Positions 55,320 through 64,000 of a DNA stretch of 64,000 nucleotides are shown one piece after another; the first letter of the stretch is position 1; the number at the start of each line of letters is the position of its first letter. Location: assembly GCA_030753015.1 (NCBI GenBank), contig JASMDC010000004.1, positions 64,001-128,000 on the forward strand, in the 5' to 3' direction. The notes under the pieces were generated by a model, which searched no databases, was not told the DNA's origin, and saw nothing but the letters and a program-made list of their open reading frames with translations. A program made the translations under genes and the position numbers. This stretch comes from Candidatus Undinarchaeales archaeon. Its GTDB lineage: Archaea; SpSt-1190; JASMDC01.

Positions 55320-55925
55320 CTATGCTTCGTCGCTTTCTCCCAGCAACGTGACGATGTCCTTCCTGATGCCCTCGGGCTCCCACTTGTTCATAAGGTACAT
55401 CTTCCTCACGTTGTTGTCCCGGTCAATGAGAAGGGCGATCATGGAATGGCGGAAGGTCTCGTCATCCTGCCTCTCCGCGATGATCTCGTACTCGTCGAGG
55501 ATCTTTTCTATGGCTTCTTCGTCCCCACCGAGGAAGTGCCAGTTACTGAAGTCCGCGCCGTACAGCTCCCCGTACTTCTTGAGCATACCGAGGGTGTCGC
55601 GCTCGGGATCGAACGAGACGAGAATAAGCACGGTCCTTCCACCGAGCTCCTCCCCCAGGGATTCCTGGAGCCTCCTGAAGTTCTTGGTGGTCCTCGGACA
55701 CATGTTCGGCATCTCGCAGCTCGTGTAGATGAAGCTCATCACCTTCACCTTTCCAAGGAGCTGGTCCGAGGATATCGTCTCATTGTCCTGGTTCAGAAGC
55801 TCGAAATCGGGAGCCTTTTTGATGATGTGTAGAACTTTCTTCTCAGGTGCTGCTCTATAGGAGATTATAAATATACTCCCTAATACGATTATCCCTATTA
55901 TTATGGCTATTATCTTCGATTCCAT
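55320..55925 (-). CDS. SCO1/SenC-family copper chaperone
   Basis: N-terminal TM, APDFELLNQD, FIYTSCEMPNMCP (CX5C variant), SFDPERDT, FRHS. Confidence 0.9.
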   Translation of the reverse strand: MESKIIAIIIGIIVLGSIFIISYRAAPEKKVLHIIKKAPDFELLNQDNETISSDQLLGKVKVMSFIYTSCEMPNMCPRTTKNFRRLQESLGEELGGRTVLILVSFDPERDTLGMLKKYGELYGADFSNWHFLGGDEEAIEKILDEYEIIAERQDDETFRHSMIALLIDRDNNVRKMYLMNKWEPEGIRKDIVTLLGESDEA

Positions 55926-56767
55926 TATTTCACCTCGAGCTTGACCCAGTCCGATATGTACTTCCTGCCTCCACGGTCGCCCTTTGCACCGTTCCACACG
56001 GCGAACGCAAAATAGCTTATCTCACCGGATACGAACGTAGCATCGGGCTCACTGTGGGCGGAATCGAGCCTCCGTTTGAACACCACGTGCCACCTCCCGT
56101 TGTCGTACAGGCCCCGACCCTGCACCGTCTGGTTCTCCTTCACCACAGAGGTGCCGATCCCCGTCGCCACGAGGTCACGCACCGCCGAATTGAGCGCAGG
56201 TCGTGTGACGACGAGCACCTCCTCCTCCTCGAACGGATAATGATAGTCGGCATAGGGCGTCGACCCCTCTGGAACCTCGTTCGACCAGAACTGACCATCC
56301 AGGTCGGCCTTCCAGTGCCAGATACCGACCATGTCCTTGAAGCCCATTATGATCGAGGAGGGCTTTGTCCTGTTCTTCAGGGGGAACATGATCGCGCAGG
56401 CGTCAGAGAACGTGTTCGTGCCAGACAGGATGTCCTCGGTTTCGTCATCCCAGCTCACATAGAGATAGATGTCCTTCCCGTTGTGGAAGGCCTTCACGGC
56501 GATGGGGGGGAGCGAACCTTTTGCGGGCCAGGGGATCACCGTGAGCTGGTAGACGAGCTCGACCTCCGTTGGTGGCTGCGTGTCCCACACCTCCAGGGAG
56601 ATGCCCGTGGACAGATCTATGTCCCTGTCGACGAAGGGCGCTTCTGTAACCTCCGGTTCCCCCACCCCCACCGGGCCCTCCACCGACCGGATGAAGCCAT
56701 AGGTGACGAGCACCAGGAAGGAGAGCACCAATGTGATCGATACGATCACGACGGTCTTCGGTCTCAT
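55925..56767 (-). CDS. Membrane-anchored heme b subunit (ethylbenzene dehydrogenase gamma-like)
   Basis: VKAFHNGKDIY, FSDACAIMFP, IIMG, IWHWKA, FAVWNG..GDRGGRK. Confidence 0.87.
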   Translation of the reverse strand: MRPKTVVIVSITLVLSFLVLVTYGFIRSVEGPVGVGEPEVTEAPFVDRDIDLSTGISLEVWDTQPPTEVELVYQLTVIPWPAKGSLPPIAVKAFHNGKDIYLYVSWDDETEDILSGTNTFSDACAIMFPLKNRTKPSSIIMGFKDMVGIWHWKADLDGQFWSNEVPEGSTPYADYHYPFEEEEVLVVTRPALNSAVRDLVATGIGTSVVKENQTVQGRGLYDNGRWHVVFKRRLDSAHSEPDATFVSGEISYFAFAVWNGAKGDRGGRKYISDWVKLEVK

Positions 56768-56861
56768 GCAGGCGTCCCTCCACGGCGATCCTCCCCGGCC
56801 CGTCCGGACACACTATCCATGAACCCCTTCAGAGGCCTACGGGACCATTGATCGCGAGGGA

Positions 56862-57950
56862 TCATCGATGACCCTCCCCCGAAGGATGGTACACGCAGTA
56901 CGGCTCCTCGCCCAGGAGGTTCCCCGAGGTGCCCAGCGCTCTGGCCCTGCACCCCCCGCAGACCGACCGGTACTCGCAGACGCCGCATCTGCCCTCTAGC
57001 AGGTCGTGGTCCCTGAGCGACCGGAAGAGGGGGGAGCCCTGGTATATCCTCTGGAAGGACTCCTGCCGGACGTCCCCCGCCTTCACCGGCAGGAATCCGC
57101 ACCCGTACACCTCGCCCGTGCTGGAGATGAAGCAGAAGCCGTTGCCGGCCATGCATCCCCTACCACCCGAGCGTGAGCCCCGTCCACCGCCGTGGGGCCG
57201 GCCCGCAGGTCCATCCGGCGGCTTGCCGTCGTCCTCCCCCTCCATCTGGGCGATGACCCTCGTGTAGTGCGGGGCGCAGGTCATCTTGATAGGGAGCGGC
57301 AGAGAACGGTTCCATCCATATACTCTCCTCAGCGTCCGCTCGTACTCCTCGGGAGATATCTCCATCCTCACCTTGGCCCTTCCCGTGGGCACCAGCATGA
57401 ACACGTCCCACGCCTTGGCACCGAGCCTCTCGGCAAGGTCCCGGATGTTGGGAAGGTCCCCCAGGTTGTGCTGGGTGACGGTCGTGTTGATCTGGAAGGG
57501 CATCCCGCCGTCCTTGAACACCTTGAGGGCCGATGCGGCCATCTCGAACGAACCCGCCACCTTGCGGAAGCCGTCATGCACCTCGGGATTCGAACCGTCG
57601 ATGCTTATGGAGACCATCCTCACCCCGCTCTCCTTCATCCTCCGAACGGTCCCGGGCACTATTTTGCTCCCGCTCGGCGCCATGACAACCCTGAAACCCC
57701 GCTCGTCGGCGCGTGCCGCTATGTCGAAGATGTCCTTCCTGAGAAGGGGATCACCGCCCGACAGGATGAAGACGGGTTTGGCGAACCCGGCGATGTCATC
57801 GATAAGCCTGAAGGTCTCCTCGGTGGTGAGCTGGTGTGGATCGGGCTCGGTCTGCGCATTGGCCCTGCAGTGGACGCACGCGAACCTGCAGGCCCTGGTG
57901 GACTCCCAAGCAATGACCCGGGGCGAAGGGTGATCGTCCGACACCCTCAT
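56862..57950 (-). CDS. ahbD: AdoMet-dependent heme synthase
   Basis: IAWESTRACRFACVHCRA, LVPTGR, KMTCAPHY, SPASM motif; ahb context. Confidence 0.88.
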   Translation of the reverse strand: MRVSDDHPSPRVIAWESTRACRFACVHCRANAQTEPDPHQLTTEETFRLIDDIAGFAKPVFILSGGDPLLRKDIFDIAARADERGFRVVMAPSGSKIVPGTVRRMKESGVRMVSISIDGSNPEVHDGFRKVAGSFEMAASALKVFKDGGMPFQINTTVTQHNLGDLPNIRDLAERLGAKAWDVFMLVPTGRAKVRMEISPEEYERTLRRVYGWNRSLPLPIKMTCAPHYTRVIAQMEGEDDGKPPDGPAGRPHGGGRGSRSGGRGCMAGNGFCFISSTGEVYGCGFLPVKAGDVRQESFQRIYQGSPLFRSLRDHDLLEGRCGVCEYRSVCGGCRARALGTSGNLLGEEPYCVYHPSGEGHR

Positions 57951-59101
57951 ACAACCTCCATCCCGATCTCCTCGTCGGTGAGGTAGCATGCCGGATCGGG
58001 TGCCCAGAGGTCGTGGTGGGCGGCCTCCGCCCGCACCCTGAGGTTCCCGTTGCACATGTCGAGGTAGCTGCATCCAGCACACCTCCCCGTGAGGAGCGTT
58101 TTACGGTTCCTGAGGTCCTTCAGCAGCGGTTGGTCCGGATCCGACCAGATCTCGCTGAACCTGCGCTCCAGGATGCTCCCCACCGAGTGGTGGTGCCAGA
58201 ACTGGTCGGCATGCACGAATCCGTTGAAGTCGACGCATCCTATGCCCGAGCCGGAGCTGTTCCCGCCGTTCATCCGGAAGAGCTCCCGGGCCTCCTGCGC
58301 CCTCTCGGGATCCTGTTCGAGCAGCTTCCGATAGACATAGGGGGCATCGCAGTGGTTGTCCACGGTCAGGACCTCCACGTCCCTCCCGCTCCTGTCCAGT
58401 GCCTCGACCCTCTCTATCATGTGGTCGATGAAACCGCGCCTCTCGGCGTGCGACAGGTCGTCGTGGATCAGGTCTGCCGCTCTCCCCGAGTAGACCAGGT
58501 GGTAGAAGCACACCCGCGGTATCCCCTCCTCCTCAACAAGGTCGAACATCCGGTAGGCGTCCGGAAGGTTGTGCCTCGTGAGTGTGAACCTCAGACCGGT
58601 CCTGAGCCCGGCCGAGATGCAGTTCCGGATCCCCTGCACAGCGGAAGCATAGGCGCCGTTCAGTCCCCTGAAGCGGTCGTTCGTCCCCTCCATCCCGTCC
58701 AGGCTTATCCCGATGTAGGAGAATCCCGCTCTCTTCAGTCTCCCGGCATTCTCCCTGGTGATGAGCGTCCCGTTGGTGGACAGGACAGTCCTCATCCCGA
58801 GATCCTTCGCCCTGCCTGCCAGGTCGAACAGGTCTTCCCTCATGAGGGGCTCACCTCCCGAGAATATGAGGACGGGCACGCCGAACTGAGCAAGATCGTC
58901 GATGAGGTCCTTCCCCTGCTCCGTGGTGAGCTCGTCCGGGCGGATCCCGCCCTCGGCCCGGGCATAGCAGTGCACGCAGCTCAGGTTGCATCTTTGCGTG
59001 GTGTTCCAGACCACCACGGGCCTGCGGTGAACACCCCTCCGGTACCGGAGGTGGTCACCCGCTCCCTCCCTTCCACACCATATCCTGGTTATATTGATAA
59101 T
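57947..59101 (-). CDS. ahbC: Fe-coproporphyrin III synthase (radical SAM)
   Basis: PVVVWNTTQRCNLSCVHCY, CFYHLVYSGR, EVLTVDNHCD, NGGNSSG. The open frame extends up to ATT at 59101. Confidence 0.9.
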   Translation of the reverse strand: MINITRIWCGREGAGDHLRYRRGVHRRPVVVWNTTQRCNLSCVHCYARAEGGIRPDELTTEQGKDLIDDLAQFGVPVLIFSGGEPLMREDLFDLAGRAKDLGMRTVLSTNGTLITRENAGRLKRAGFSYIGISLDGMEGTNDRFRGLNGAYASAVQGIRNCISAGLRTGLRFTLTRHNLPDAYRMFDLVEEEGIPRVCFYHLVYSGRAADLIHDDLSHAERRGFIDHMIERVEALDRSGRDVEVLTVDNHCDAPYVYRKLLEQDPERAQEARELFRMNGGNSSGSGIGCVDFNGFVHADQFWHHHSVGSILERRFSEIWSDPDQPLLKDLRNRKTLLTGRCAGCSYLDMCNGNLRVRAEAAHHDLWAPDPACYLTDEEIGMEVV

Positions 59102-59619
59102 GTCCGATCAACTTCCCCTGTGACGGCTGCTATCGCCCGTTCCACGATGCGGCCGTTGCTCGTCTTCTTGAACTGCCTCGTGCTGAAGAGGATGAGGTAG
59201 TTCGCGATCCCGGTGGAGTCGCTCATCTCCTGCACGAGCCCCTCGACCGTTGCACGATCACGGCCGTGGAGTACGGTGAACAGGTTGTACGTCCATCGGC
59301 CGGGCACCGTCCCGCGGAGGATGCAGTGTGTCACCCGCTCGTTTCCCGCGAACGCCGTCCCCACGTCCTCGATCCGGCTCTGCGGCACCTCCCAGGCTAC
59401 CAGGGCGTTGGCAACGATCCCCACCCTTCTGTGGTTTATCGATGCACCGAAGCGGCGTATCACGCCATTCTCCTTCAGCCTCTTCAGCCTCGTCACGACC
59501 TCGTCCTCGCTCAGGCCTGTGACCCTGGCTATGTCGCGGAAGGGCTCTGGCACGAGCGGTATCCCGTCCTGGGTGGCTCGCAGTAGGGCGACATCCCTCC
59601 CATCCAACTGAGGCTCCAT
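59089..59619 (-). CDS. ahbB: Siroheme decarboxylase subunit beta
   Basis: IPLVPEPF, GVIRRFGASINH, VTHC, WTYNLFTVLHG. Confidence 0.9.
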   Translation of the reverse strand: MEPQLDGRDVALLRATQDGIPLVPEPFRDIARVTGLSEDEVVTRLKRLKENGVIRRFGASINHRRVGIVANALVAWEVPQSRIEDVGTAFAGNERVTHCILRGTVPGRWTYNLFTVLHGRDRATVEGLVQEMSDSTGIANYLILFSTRQFKKTSNGRIVERAIAAVTGEVDRTLSI

Positions 59620-59621
59620 GA

Positions 59622-60113
59622 CTACCGCCCGCCCATGTTGAAGTTCACCCTTACCTTGAAGAGGCGTTCTGTGGGGAGGTTCAGGACATCGCCTTCAGAG
59701 ATCCCTGTCCTCATGTGTATCTCGGAGAGGAGGTGGGTCAGGCTCTCTCGGTCAGGTGCGGTGAGCGTGAACCAGACGTTGTATATGTGGTCCCTCTCGT
59801 AGTTGTGTGAGACCTCATCGTAGCCGTTGATGATCCCCACGATCTCGGAGAGCTTCCTGGAGGGCACCTTCATCGCCACCAAGGTCGCAGCCCTCAGCCC
59901 CACCTTCCGTGCGCTTATCACGGGGCCCAGCTTTCTCACAATCCCCTCCTCGCTCAGCCGTCTCAGCCGCGCCAGCACCTCCTCGCCGCTCAGGCCAAGC
60001 CCCCTGCCGATCTCCGCCCACGGCTCCTCTGTCAGGGGTATCTCCCTCTGTACCGCATCCAGAAGCTGCCTGTCCGGGCCATCAAGCCCTTCATCCACAT
60101 CTCTTTCGGGCAT
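59622..60113 (-). CDS. ahbA: Siroheme decarboxylase subunit alpha
   Basis: IPLTEEPW, ATLVAMKV, VSHNYERDHIYNVWFT. Confidence 0.9.
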   Translation of the reverse strand: MPERDVDEGLDGPDRQLLDAVQREIPLTEEPWAEIGRGLGLSGEEVLARLRRLSEEGIVRKLGPVISARKVGLRAATLVAMKVPSRKLSEIVGIINGYDEVSHNYERDHIYNVWFTLTAPDRESLTHLLSEIHMRTGISEGDVLNLPTERLFKVRVNFNMGGR

Positions 60114-60121
60114 GCAAGGAC

Positions 60122-60505
60122 CTACTCCACCGTCAGCTCTCCGGTCATGTCCATGTGATGGTTGGAGCACCACACCGTGCACATGAAGGGGAAGGTCCCC
60201 TTCCTGTCGGGCGTGAACTCGATCACCTTCACGTGCCCGGCCTTGATCTCGGGGGCCGCGACATCGAACGCCGGCAGGGCGAACCCGTGGCTCACGGTGT
60301 CGACGTTCCTGATGCGCATGGTGACCTTCTCCCCCACAGGGACCGTGACGTGCCTCGGTTGCCAGTTTCCCCTCTCGGGTGCCCTGGCGATGAGGTCCAC
60401 TGTGTATGCGCTGCTCCGGTAGCTCTCGGCCCCGAGTATAGCTGCGACGACGCCCACCGTGGAGATGAGCACGATGATGACTGCAATCATTTCTCGTATT
60501 TCCAT
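60122..60505 (-). CDS. Membrane-anchored CuA cupredoxin (heme-copper oxidase subunit II-like domain)
   Basis: N-terminal TM; HGF...CTVWCSNHHMDM (H...CX3CX3HX2M). Confidence 0.9.
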   Translation of the reverse strand: MEIREMIAVIIVLISTVGVVAAILGAESYRSSAYTVDLIARAPERGNWQPRHVTVPVGEKVTMRIRNVDTVSHGFALPAFDVAAPEIKAGHVKVIEFTPDRKGTFPFMCTVWCSNHHMDMTGELTVE

Positions 60506-60509
60506 GTCC

Positions 60510-62363
60510 TCACCCCAGGAACAGCTTCAGGAACCCCAACGTCGCCAGCGTCAGGAAGCAGAGCATGGGAAGCCAGCCACGCTGTGCCTCTCCGGGTTCA
60601 GGATAGGTCTGCTTGGACAGCCGGTAGCCGAACGCGATACAGAACAGCTGGAACACGATCAGGACGGCTCCCTGCAGGTACCCCATCACATCCGTGAACA
60701 CAGGTGTCCAGGGGAAGTTCGCCGTGCCCAACAGGTTCCATCCCCAGGCGAAGGGATCGGAGATCACGTGCAGGAGATAGCTCCCGTTCGGGAGAAGTAT
60801 GCCGAGGCTGAACGCTATCCACACGCCAAGACCCATGGGGACGAGGGTGTAGGAGAAGTTCACGAACACCCTCTTCAGCGACACCTCCCTGTTCCCGCTC
60901 GCAAGCTTCGAAAGATAGGCGAACACGCCGAACACGGCGGGTAGGGCGATGAGGCTGACCGTCGAGTGGATGGCGATGAACGTCAGGAATCCCGAGTAGG
61001 TCGTTGCCCTCATCATGTCCTTGAGCTCGCCGTAGGGACCCTGGTAGATTATGAAGAAGACCACGGCGATACCCAGCATGATGAAGCCCTTCCACGCCTC
61101 GTCAAGCCCCCTCTTCTCCCTCTTGGTCTCCACCAGCAGGTCCACACCGGGAGGCCTCAGGTTGAACGCCATGTTGTCGTGGGGGCAGGTCTTGAAGCAC
61201 TCGAGGCACATGCCGCAGTAGGTGTTCTTCTTGAAGTCGAAGGGGGTCAGGAGCCAGGGGCATCCGTGCCCCTCCTCACTTCCCACGAAGCATGTCTTGG
61301 GTGTGTGGCCCTTACAGATTTCCGGGTCCTTGCACCGAATCTCGCTCATGGCGAACTGGGAATAGAGCGCCTGGAACCCGGAGACGGGACACATGTACAG
61401 GCAGAAGGACCGCTTCTTGTACACCAGCCCTACGATGAACGAGGCCAGGATGACGGCTCCCAGGAGGATGAAGCTTGCCAGCGGCTTCACGGTCATGAAT
61501 CCGGAGAAGAACGTGGTGCCCAGGAACAGGAAGTTCATGACCCACATGTTCTTGAGGCTCTTGGGCCACGGCTTGTTCAGGCCCGATTGCTTCCCCGGCT
61601 TGACCTCGATCACCGCTCCCCGGTGGTACCAGTCGGAGAAGAGGGGGAACGGGCACACCATGCACCACGTCCGGGCGAAGAAGGGTACCAGGATGAACAT
61701 CAGCATGACCCACCAGAGGATCCATACGAACATCACTCCCACGTTGTAGTTACCGGCCGAGTACCCCCCCACGAACATGGAGAGGAGGAGGGCGAAGAAG
61801 AAGAGGAGGTTGACCAGGATGGCTCCGAGGGGGAACCACCTCGACTTGAAGAGCGTCCTTATGGGCTTGAAGCTCGTGAGGTCGAACCGCCAGTCCAGGT
61901 CGATGAGCCCGAACAGCTTGTCCTTCGCAGGCTTGTCACCGTTCCCTTCCCGAGCCATCACAATCAGGCTTCCCAATGCCACGAGCACCGCCAGGGCCGC
62001 GTACCCGTTGAACGGCGAGTTGGGCTCGACGTAGAGGTGGCCGACCATGTAGGGATGGAACTCCCCGCAGGTCACCGAACACCTGAAGGTGAACCGACCC
62101 GGTTTGTCGGCGACGAACGTGATAACACCGTCCTGTCCTGGATGGGCCTTGGTCTGGACCTCATATCCGTCTAGGAACAGTCCGTGGTGCACGTCCTCGC
62201 TCGTCAGGCGGATCGTCACCACGTCACCCTCGTTTACCTTGATGACGCCGGGCGTATAGGAGAACGTCTTTCCGCTGACCTCGATGTATCTCTCCTCGGC
62301 AACGACAAAAGGCGCGATGAGAAGGCCTACCAGGAGGGCCAGCGCCAGTACCCTGATCATCAT
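60510..62363 (-). CDS. CuA cupredoxin fused to a NapH/NosR-like membrane polyferredoxin
   Basis: HGL...CSVTCGEFHPYM; TM region with WCMVCP, FCLYMCP, CGMCLECFKTCP. Confidence 0.88.
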   Translation of the reverse strand: MMIRVLALALLVGLLIAPFVVAEERYIEVSGKTFSYTPGVIKVNEGDVVTIRLTSEDVHHGLFLDGYEVQTKAHPGQDGVITFVADKPGRFTFRCSVTCGEFHPYMVGHLYVEPNSPFNGYAALAVLVALGSLIVMAREGNGDKPAKDKLFGLIDLDWRFDLTSFKPIRTLFKSRWFPLGAILVNLLFFFALLLSMFVGGYSAGNYNVGVMFVWILWWVMLMFILVPFFARTWCMVCPFPLFSDWYHRGAVIEVKPGKQSGLNKPWPKSLKNMWVMNFLFLGTTFFSGFMTVKPLASFILLGAVILASFIVGLVYKKRSFCLYMCPVSGFQALYSQFAMSEIRCKDPEICKGHTPKTCFVGSEEGHGCPWLLTPFDFKKNTYCGMCLECFKTCPHDNMAFNLRPPGVDLLVETKREKRGLDEAWKGFIMLGIAVVFFIIYQGPYGELKDMMRATTYSGFLTFIAIHSTVSLIALPAVFGVFAYLSKLASGNREVSLKRVFVNFSYTLVPMGLGVWIAFSLGILLPNGSYLLHVISDPFAWGWNLLGTANFPWTPVFTDVMGYLQGAVLIVFQLFCIAFGYRLSKQTYPEPGEAQRGWLPMLCFLTLATLGFLKLFLG

Positions 62364-63205
62364 GTCCCCGCCTCCAAAGAGACGAAGTCGGAAATCGATT
62401 TCCTGCCGCCCCTGTCGCCGCTCGCACCGTCCCATACGGCGAACGCGATGGAGTAGGTCTCCCCGGGAGTGAAGGCGGCGTCCACCTCCGGATCGGAGGC
62501 GGTGAGCGAGCGCCTGAACATGACGTGCCAAGTGCCGTCGATCCAGAAGCCCCTGCCCTCCACCAGGCTCACGTTCTTGCGGGTTAGCGTGGCGATCCCT
62601 GTTGCGATTATGTCATTTACGGCAGATACGTGTTCGAGGCCCATGACCGTGAGCGTCTCATTCTCCTCGAAGGGATAGTAGTAATCCGCGTACACCCTGG
62701 CCCCCGGCCCCTTTCCCGACCAGAACTCCCTGTCCTGGTTGGCCTTCCATTGCCAGATATTGGAGCTCCCCATGAAGCCCATCATGAGGGTCGAGTTGGG
62801 CACGTCCTCGCCCAGAGGGAACATGATGGCGTTAGCGTCGGAGAACGTGTTCCCCCCATGGATCTCGTCCAAGGTATCGTCCTTATAGCTCAAATAGAAG
62901 TAGATGTCCTTCTTATTGTGGAAGGCCTTCACGGTTACGGACGGCACCGAATCCTTCGGCCACGGGAGGACCATCAACTGGTAGAACAGCTTGATCTCCT
63001 TGGAATCGATGCCCTCCCACTCGTCCAACGACGTCGCCCCCCTGAAATCGATGTCCTTGTCGATAAAGGGAGCCTTGAGGACCACCCGTTCATACTCGTA
63101 GTCGGCAGGGATGCCCCATGCATGTTGCATGCCGTAACGGACCAGGCCCAGGAACAATGCAATCAAGACGATAGACAATACTATGACGGTGTTCTTCTTC
63201 ATCAT
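62360..63205 (-). CDS. Second heme b (ethylbenzene dehydrogenase gamma-like) subunit
   Basis: Paralog of 55925..56767: VKAFHNKKDIY, FSDANAIMFP, LMMG, FAVWDG..GDRGGRK. Confidence 0.87.
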   Translation of the reverse strand: MMKKNTVIVLSIVLIALFLGLVRYGMQHAWGIPADYEYERVVLKAPFIDKDIDFRGATSLDEWEGIDSKEIKLFYQLMVLPWPKDSVPSVTVKAFHNKKDIYFYLSYKDDTLDEIHGGNTFSDANAIMFPLGEDVPNSTLMMGFMGSSNIWQWKANQDREFWSGKGPGARVYADYYYPFEENETLTVMGLEHVSAVNDIIATGIATLTRKNVSLVEGRGFWIDGTWHVMFRRSLTASDPEVDAAFTPGETYSIAFAVWDGASGDRGGRKSISDFVSLEAGT

Positions 63206-63768
63206 GCATCCCTCCCGAGGAAGCGTTCATCGGATTCCAGGAACTCGAGCAGTTCCTGTGCGGTCTCCCGATAGAAACCGTTCTCGGACTTGGCGAGGAT
63301 CGCTTCCGCTATCTTCGTTGCCGCGGGATGTACGTGCCTGCGGAAGAACTTCCTCTCCGCATCCTGGCATATCCGGGCCTTCTCGCGGGCGTCCTCGGTG
63401 TCGCCGTTCTTGAGGGCATGAAGCCTTTTGAAGATGAGATAGTGCATGAACTCGAGCTCGCCTGACAGGGAATCCGGTCGGTCCCTGTCCGGCTCAACGC
63501 CGAAGGCCCGGTAGAACCCCATGATGTCGGCCAACTCGTTCGACCGCTGGAACTCGTTCTTCGCAAGGTGCTCCGTCCCGTAGAGCCAGACCTCGCTGGC
63601 CCTGAAGAGCCCGTCATATGCCCGCTTCAGCTCGTCCAGTTCCTTGTTCGAGAACGAACCCTTGAAGAATGAGAGGAATTGATCGTCGGGGTACGAGAAC
63701 GCAACGGCGAAGCTCTTGTAGGTGAGCATCCGGTCCCTCTCGCCCCTTTCCTTCTTGCTCATGTCCAT
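63202..63768 (-). CDS. TorD/NarJ-like chaperone
   Basis: ELADIMGFYRAFG, RPDSLSGELEFMHYL; GGAGGTG SD before ATG 63768. Confidence 0.88.
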   Translation of the reverse strand: MDMSKKERGERDRMLTYKSFAVAFSYPDDQFLSFFKGSFSNKELDELKRAYDGLFRASEVWLYGTEHLAKNEFQRSNELADIMGFYRAFGVEPDRDRPDSLSGELEFMHYLIFKRLHALKNGDTEDAREKARICQDAERKFFRRHVHPAATKIAEAILAKSENGFYRETAQELLEFLESDERFLGRDA

Positions 63769-63784
63769 CACCTCCGTCACAGGC

Positions 63785-64000
63785 TCAGCTGATGCTGATC
63801 CTATGGACATCCCGTTGTCCGTCATAGACGTCCCTCACGACGATCGGCTCCTTCAACGGCACCTTGATGATCTCCTTCCCGTCCGCGTCATACCCATAAC
63901 AGGAGCCGCTGTCCAGGTCCCCCTCGACCTTGAACGAGTGGATGATATTGTCGGTGGCGCCGAAGAGCATCAGGAGACCGATGAGGTTCATGTCCTCGGT
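63785..64000 (-). CDS. C-terminus of an extracytoplasmic nitrate reductase/nitrite oxidoreductase beta subunit (partial)
   Basis: LIGLLMLFGATDNII..F...GYDADGKEIIKVPLKEP resembles the C-terminal tail of NarH/NxrB proteins; context of chaperone plus heme b subunits. Only about 70 aa visible. Confidence 0.6.
   Translation of the reverse strand, partial: TEDMNLIGLLMLFGATDNIIHSFKVEGDLDSGSCYGYDADGKEIIKVPLKEPIVVRDVYDGQRDVHRISIS

Noticed and set aside
60122-62363. CuA proteins as evidence of aerobic respiration or NosZ
   Set aside because: No oxidase subunit I or NosZ propeller domain is in the window; the context is a molybdoenzyme operon.
1-64000. CRISPR arrays, tRNA, rRNA, integrase or reverse transcriptase genes
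   Set aside because: No regularly spaced repeats, T-loop/cloverleaf signatures or matching protein motifs were seen by eye.

Overview
GC-rich, gene-dense window from an anaerobic prokaryote, probably an archaeon (inferred from TATA-like AT-rich promoters, GGTGA/GGAGG Shine-Dalgarno sites, Ahb heme pathway and HdrABC). From left to right it holds: a surface-glycan cluster (GT-C-like, FAD oxidoreductase, GT2, AsnB-type amidotransferase); NikR with an ECF Ni/Co transporter and an RcnA-like fusion; mobB; two split-barrel (PPOX) proteins; a prenyltransferase coupled to an hdrCBA-flxDCBA operon; a Tat-exported TtrA-like molybdoenzyme operon; nrdDG; a decayed IS200/IS605 tnpB end with its omega-RNA hairpin; an operon joining an atypical glutamate synthase to a bifurcating-type ETF; an Fe3+ ABC transporter; an Fe-S/NO-stress cluster; a surface protein with a tandem Cys-rich repeat; and the distal part of a Nar/Nxr-type operon with CuA proteins, SCO and ahbABCD. 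The best candidates for new biology are the ETF-coupled glutamate synthase, the adenine-biased tandem repeat, the copper-wired nitrate-reductase-like operon and a recurring junction motif. All calls come from reading motifs by eye; no database searches were run. I saw no tRNA, rRNA or CRISPR array.
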